Part shown: in pieces, positions 61,204 to 63,644 of the stretch
How the letters are laid out: each line of letters starts with the position of its first letter
Position numbering within the stretch: position 1 is the first letter of the stretch
From: Polyangiales bacterium
Lineage (GTDB): Bacteria; Myxococcota_A; Polyangia; Polyangiales; Polyangiaceae
Assembly (NCBI GenBank): GCA_038230375.1
Contig: JBBRNJ010000054.1
Coordinates: 1-63,644, forward strand
Direction: 5' to 3'
DNA length: 63,644 nucleotides
The notes under the pieces: model-generated
The model's database searches: none
Seen by the model: only the letters and a program-made list of their open reading frames with translations
Told to the model about the DNA's origin: nothing
Position numbers and translations under genes: made by a program

Positions 61204-61239
61204 GCTAGAACGTGGGCTGGAACGTGGGCTAGAACGTGG
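61204..61239. repeat. Three 12-bp tandem repeats duplicating the 3' end of the convergent gene
   Basis: GCTAGAACGTGG GCTGGAACGTGG GCTAGAACGTGG. Confidence 0.85.
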
Positions 61240-61927
61240 CCTGGATGTCGAGGCCGAGCGTCCAGAGGCCGTACGTCTTCAGCAGGACGAGGTTGGACGA
61301 CGGCGGATCGCTGTGGCAGTACTCGTAGCCCGCGCCGTCGACGCAGCCGCCCGTGGGGAACACCGGCGCGTACGTGAAGCTGGGGCCGACCGAGAGGCGG
61401 CGATCGAGGACGGGGTAGAGCGCGCCGAGCGAGATCGGCACGGTGACCGCCTCGGTCGTGATCTTCTCTGAGCCGCTCGATACGTTGAAGTTCTGGGTGT
61501 CGCGGAGGTACGCGAAGCCGATGCCGACCCACGGCTCGAGCTTGGAGAGGCCGAGCGGGAAGTACACGCGGCCGTACGGACCGAAGGTCCAGGAGCTCCG
61601 CGAGAGCTTGGTCACGTCGCCCGGGGAGGTCGACTCGAGGAAGCGCACGTCGGTCATGAGACCCACGGAGAAGATCGAGGCGAAGCGGACGCCGACGTTC
61701 AGCTGACCCACGAACCCCGCGCCGTACGGCGACGTGTTGCCGTCGAAGATGGAGTCATTCGGGACCGCCTGGTTGGCTGTGATGGGGCCGCCGTTGTAGC
61801 GCGTGGGGCTCTTGGAGCCGGCGCCGCCGACACCGGGCCGCACGCCAACCTCGTACTCGAGCGCATGCGCCGAGGACGTGTAGCCGATCGCTGCAAGCGA
61901 CAAAACTGCCGGAATTAGGACGCGCAT
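61229..61927 (-). CDS. Outer-membrane beta-barrel protein
   Basis: Signal peptide (AHA-L), amphipathic strands, EPWVGIGFAY, C-terminal GLDIQATF. Confidence 0.7.
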   Translation of the reverse strand: MRVLIPAVLSLAAIGYTSSAHALEYEVGVRPGVGGAGSKSPTRYNGGPITANQAVPNDSIFDGNTSPYGAGFVGQLNVGVRFASIFSVGLMTDVRFLESTSPGDVTKLSRSSWTFGPYGRVYFPLGLSKLEPWVGIGFAYLRDTQNFNVSSGSEKITTEAVTVPISLGALYPVLDRRLSVGPSFTYAPVFPTGGCVDGAGYEYCHSDPPSSNLVLLKTYGLWTLGLDIQATF

Positions 61928-62061
61928 CACACTCTCCGTCGTGAGGAGGCGCACCTTAGCCCGAACCCACCTCCAACAAAGATGAATTACATTTCATGAT
62001 CCATTCGGGCTCGGCCGGTGTTCCGCCCGGACTCTGGCGGGACGCGCTATATCCAGCGGCT

Positions 62062-62913
62062 GTGGGGCAGGTCACCAGGCGAATCGTGCTCGGCGAGTGT
62101 GGCCGCATCCTTCCGACGCTCCCGCGCGGGCAGGCGAGGCTCCTCTACGTGGACCCCCCGTTCAACACGGGCCGCCCGCAGAAGCGCGAGCGCATCAAGG
62201 TCACGCGCAGCAAGGACGGGGAGCGGCGCGGCTTCGGCGGCGAGAGCTTCGACGTCAAAAAGATGCATGATGCACGTGTCTTCGCGGACTCGTTCGACGA
62301 CTTCACGGGCTTCCTGCTCCCGCGCATCGAGGCGGCGCTGCCGTGCCTCACGAAGGACGCGTCGCTCTTCGTGCATCTCGATGCGCGCGAGGTCCACTAC
62401 GTGAAGGTCGCGCTCGATCGGCTGCTCGGCCGCGAGAGCTTCATGAACGAGATCATCTGGGCCTACGACTATGGCGGTCGCCCGAAGAACCGCTGGCCGC
62501 CGAAGCACGACACCATCCTCTGGTACGCGCGCGACCCGAAGTCCTACGTCTACGACTACGATGCGATCGACCGCATCCCCTACATGGCGCCCGGGCTGGT
62601 CGGACCGGAGAAGGCAGCGCGAGGCAAGGTGCCGACGGACGTGTGGTGGCACACGATCGTGCCGACGAATGGCAAGGAAAAGACCGGGTACCCGACGCAG
62701 AAGCCGCTCGGCATCCTGGAGCGCATCGTGAAGGTGCACTCGAAGAAGGGCGACGTCGTGCTCGACTGCTTCGCAGGCAGCGGCACCACGGGAGAAGCCG
62801 CCGCAAAGAACGGCCGCGGCTTCGTGCTGGTGGATGAGAGCGTGGACGCAGTAAAGACGGCGGCGAAGAGGCTCGCGAAGTACGAGCCGGAGCTGGTGGG
62901 GTTCGAGGGATAA
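62062..62913 (+). CDS. Orphan N6-adenine/N4-cytosine DNA methyltransferase (beta class)
   Basis: Motif IV DPPF precedes motif I DCFAGSGTT; also NEIIW.Y, KHDTILWY and YPTQKP. Confidence 0.93.
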   Translation: MGQVTRRIVLGECGRILPTLPRGQARLLYVDPPFNTGRPQKRERIKVTRSKDGERRGFGGESFDVKKMHDARVFADSFDDFTGFLLPRIEAALPCLTKDASLFVHLDAREVHYVKVALDRLLGRESFMNEIIWAYDYGGRPKNRWPPKHDTILWYARDPKSYVYDYDAIDRIPYMAPGLVGPEKAARGKVPTDVWWHTIVPTNGKEKTGYPTQKPLGILERIVKVHSKKGDVVLDCFAGSGTTGEAAAKNGRGFVLVDESVDAVKTAAKRLAKYEPELVGFEG

Positions 62914-62920
62914 GGGGAAG

Positions 62921-63152
62921 GGTCGAGGTCGAGGTTCAAGTCGAGGTCGAGGTCGAGGTCGAGGTCGAGGTTCAAGTCGAGGTCGAGGTTCAGGTCGAGG
63001 TCGAGGTCGGGGTTAGAGGTCGAGGTCGAGGTCGGGGTCGAGGTCGAGGTCGGGGTCGAGGTCGAGGTCGAGGTCGAGGTCGAGGTCGAGGTCGGGGTCG
63101 GGGTCGGGGTCGACGTCGAGGTCGAGGTCGAGGTTGAGGTCGAGGTTGAGGT
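62921..63152 (+). repeat. Hexamer tandem tract (GAGGTC)n with variants
   Basis: About 38 units of GAGGTC/GGGGTC/GAGGTT/CAAGTC; strongly G-rich on the plus strand. Confidence 0.95.
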
Positions 63153-63219
63153 GCGGGCGGTTCGTCTCACCGGCAACCGGTTCGGTGGCTTTGCGGGGCT
63201 CGCTCGGGGACTCGTGGTC

Positions 63220-63375
63220 GCTCCTTTCGGTCGACCAGCGTGTCATCGTGCTCGGACGCGTCAAGGCCAGGCCAGCTTCGCTGGTCGCCCTTTGGGCGGC
63301 TCCCCGTCCGCTCCGAATGCGCGGGCCTTGACCCGTCCTCCGCGCGATGCCCCGTCTGGTGCGATCGAAAGGAGC
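63220..63375 (+). promoter_or_regulatory. Long imperfect stem-loop covering a TTGACC and the SD of the four-helix-bundle gene
   Basis: Pairings: GCTCCTTTCGGTCG/CGATCGAAAGGAGC, ACCAG/CTGGT, CATCGTGC/GCGCGATG, GGACG/CGTCC, GTCAAGGCC/GGCCTTGAC. Two apical hairpins: CCAGC-TTC-GCTGG and CGCCC-TTT-GGGCG. Confidence 0.75.
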
Positions 63376-63381
63376 TCGCAC

Positions 63382-63644
63382 ATGGAACTGAGAATTTACG
63401 GAGTGATCATCGAGACGGTGGGGATGCTTCGCATGGAAATGGAGGCGATTGGGCGGCAGGATCCGGGGCTGGAGAAACAGATGCGGCGCGCGGCGGCGAG
63501 CATCGCGTTGAATACCTCGGAGGGCTCGTACTCTCGTGGAAGGAACGCGCAGCAGCGGTTTCACACCGCACTCGGTAGCGCGAGGGAGACGCTTGCGTGC
63601 ATCGAGGTCGGCGTGGCACTCGGCTACGTGCCGGAGGTGAGGCA
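63382..63644 (+). CDS. Four-helix-bundle protein (23S rRNA IVP/Avd-like family), partial at window end
   Basis: Not in the ORF track. Manual translation: MELRIYGVIIETVGMLRMEMEAIGRQDPGLEKQMRRAAASIALNTSEGSYSRGRNAQQRFHTALGSARETLACIEVGVALGYV. It has the QMRRAA.SI..N..EG and A.GSA.E signatures and an AAAGGAG SD. Confidence 0.88.
   Translation, partial: MELRIYGVIIETVGMLRMEMEAIGRQDPGLEKQMRRAAASIALNTSEGSYSRGRNAQQRFHTALGSARETLACIEVGVALGYVPEVR

Noticed and set aside
62580..63564. Minus-strand ORFs with ST/LD dipeptide runs (62580-63176, 63013-63564)
   Set aside because: They are translations of the hexamer tract and lie antisense to the MTase and four-helix-bundle genes.
63382..63644. DGR or 23S rRNA intervening sequence
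   Set aside because: No reverse transcriptase, TR/VR pair or rRNA sequence is visible, although the downstream context lies outside the window.

Overview
A very GC-rich window whose gene content (Ser/Thr kinases, FHA-sigma54 activator, MYXO-CTERM protein, many lipoproteins with DAG-rich linkers) points to a myxobacterium of the Sorangiineae/Polyangiales type; this is an inference. Layout: (1) 1-5.6 kb: two TetR regulators, an SDR and two alpha/beta-hydrolases, mixed with three decayed remnants (MarR, MFS, kinase). (2) 5.7-9.1 kb: a di-heme cytochrome c/beta-propeller lipoprotein and secreted proteins. (3) About 9.1-36.2 kb: a coherent stress/osmoadaptation and signalling island. It holds CsbD, a DUF4398-OmpA pair, a hybrid kinase, response regulators, GlsB, an NtrC-type activator, an Npt-like transporter, YtxH, a 2802-aa cyclic beta-1,2-glucan synthase, a tandem USP, a GAF kinase, a three-domain KaiC-like ATPase and a PAS kinase. 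Almost every transcription unit has a sigma54 -24/-12 motif, and several share an upstream inverted repeat. (4) 36.2-40.6 kb: an operon of beta-barrel, pentaheme cytochrome, unknown protein and GMC oxidoreductase. (5) 40.7-61.9 kb: surface/lipoproteins, a GNAT, a hairpin-bounded DUF3102-like gene, an orphan antitoxin, a kinase-TPR-FHA module and manA. (6) 62-63.6 kb: an orphan DNA methyltransferase, a ~230-bp (GAGGTC)n tract, a ~155-nt stem-loop and a four-helix-bundle (IVP/Avd-like) gene that runs off the window. The best candidates for an undescribed system are the repeat + stem-loop + four-helix-bundle unit and the sigma54 island with the triple KaiC-like ATPase. No rRNA, tRNA, CRISPR array or transposase was recognised. 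All family calls come from motif recognition by eye, not database searches.
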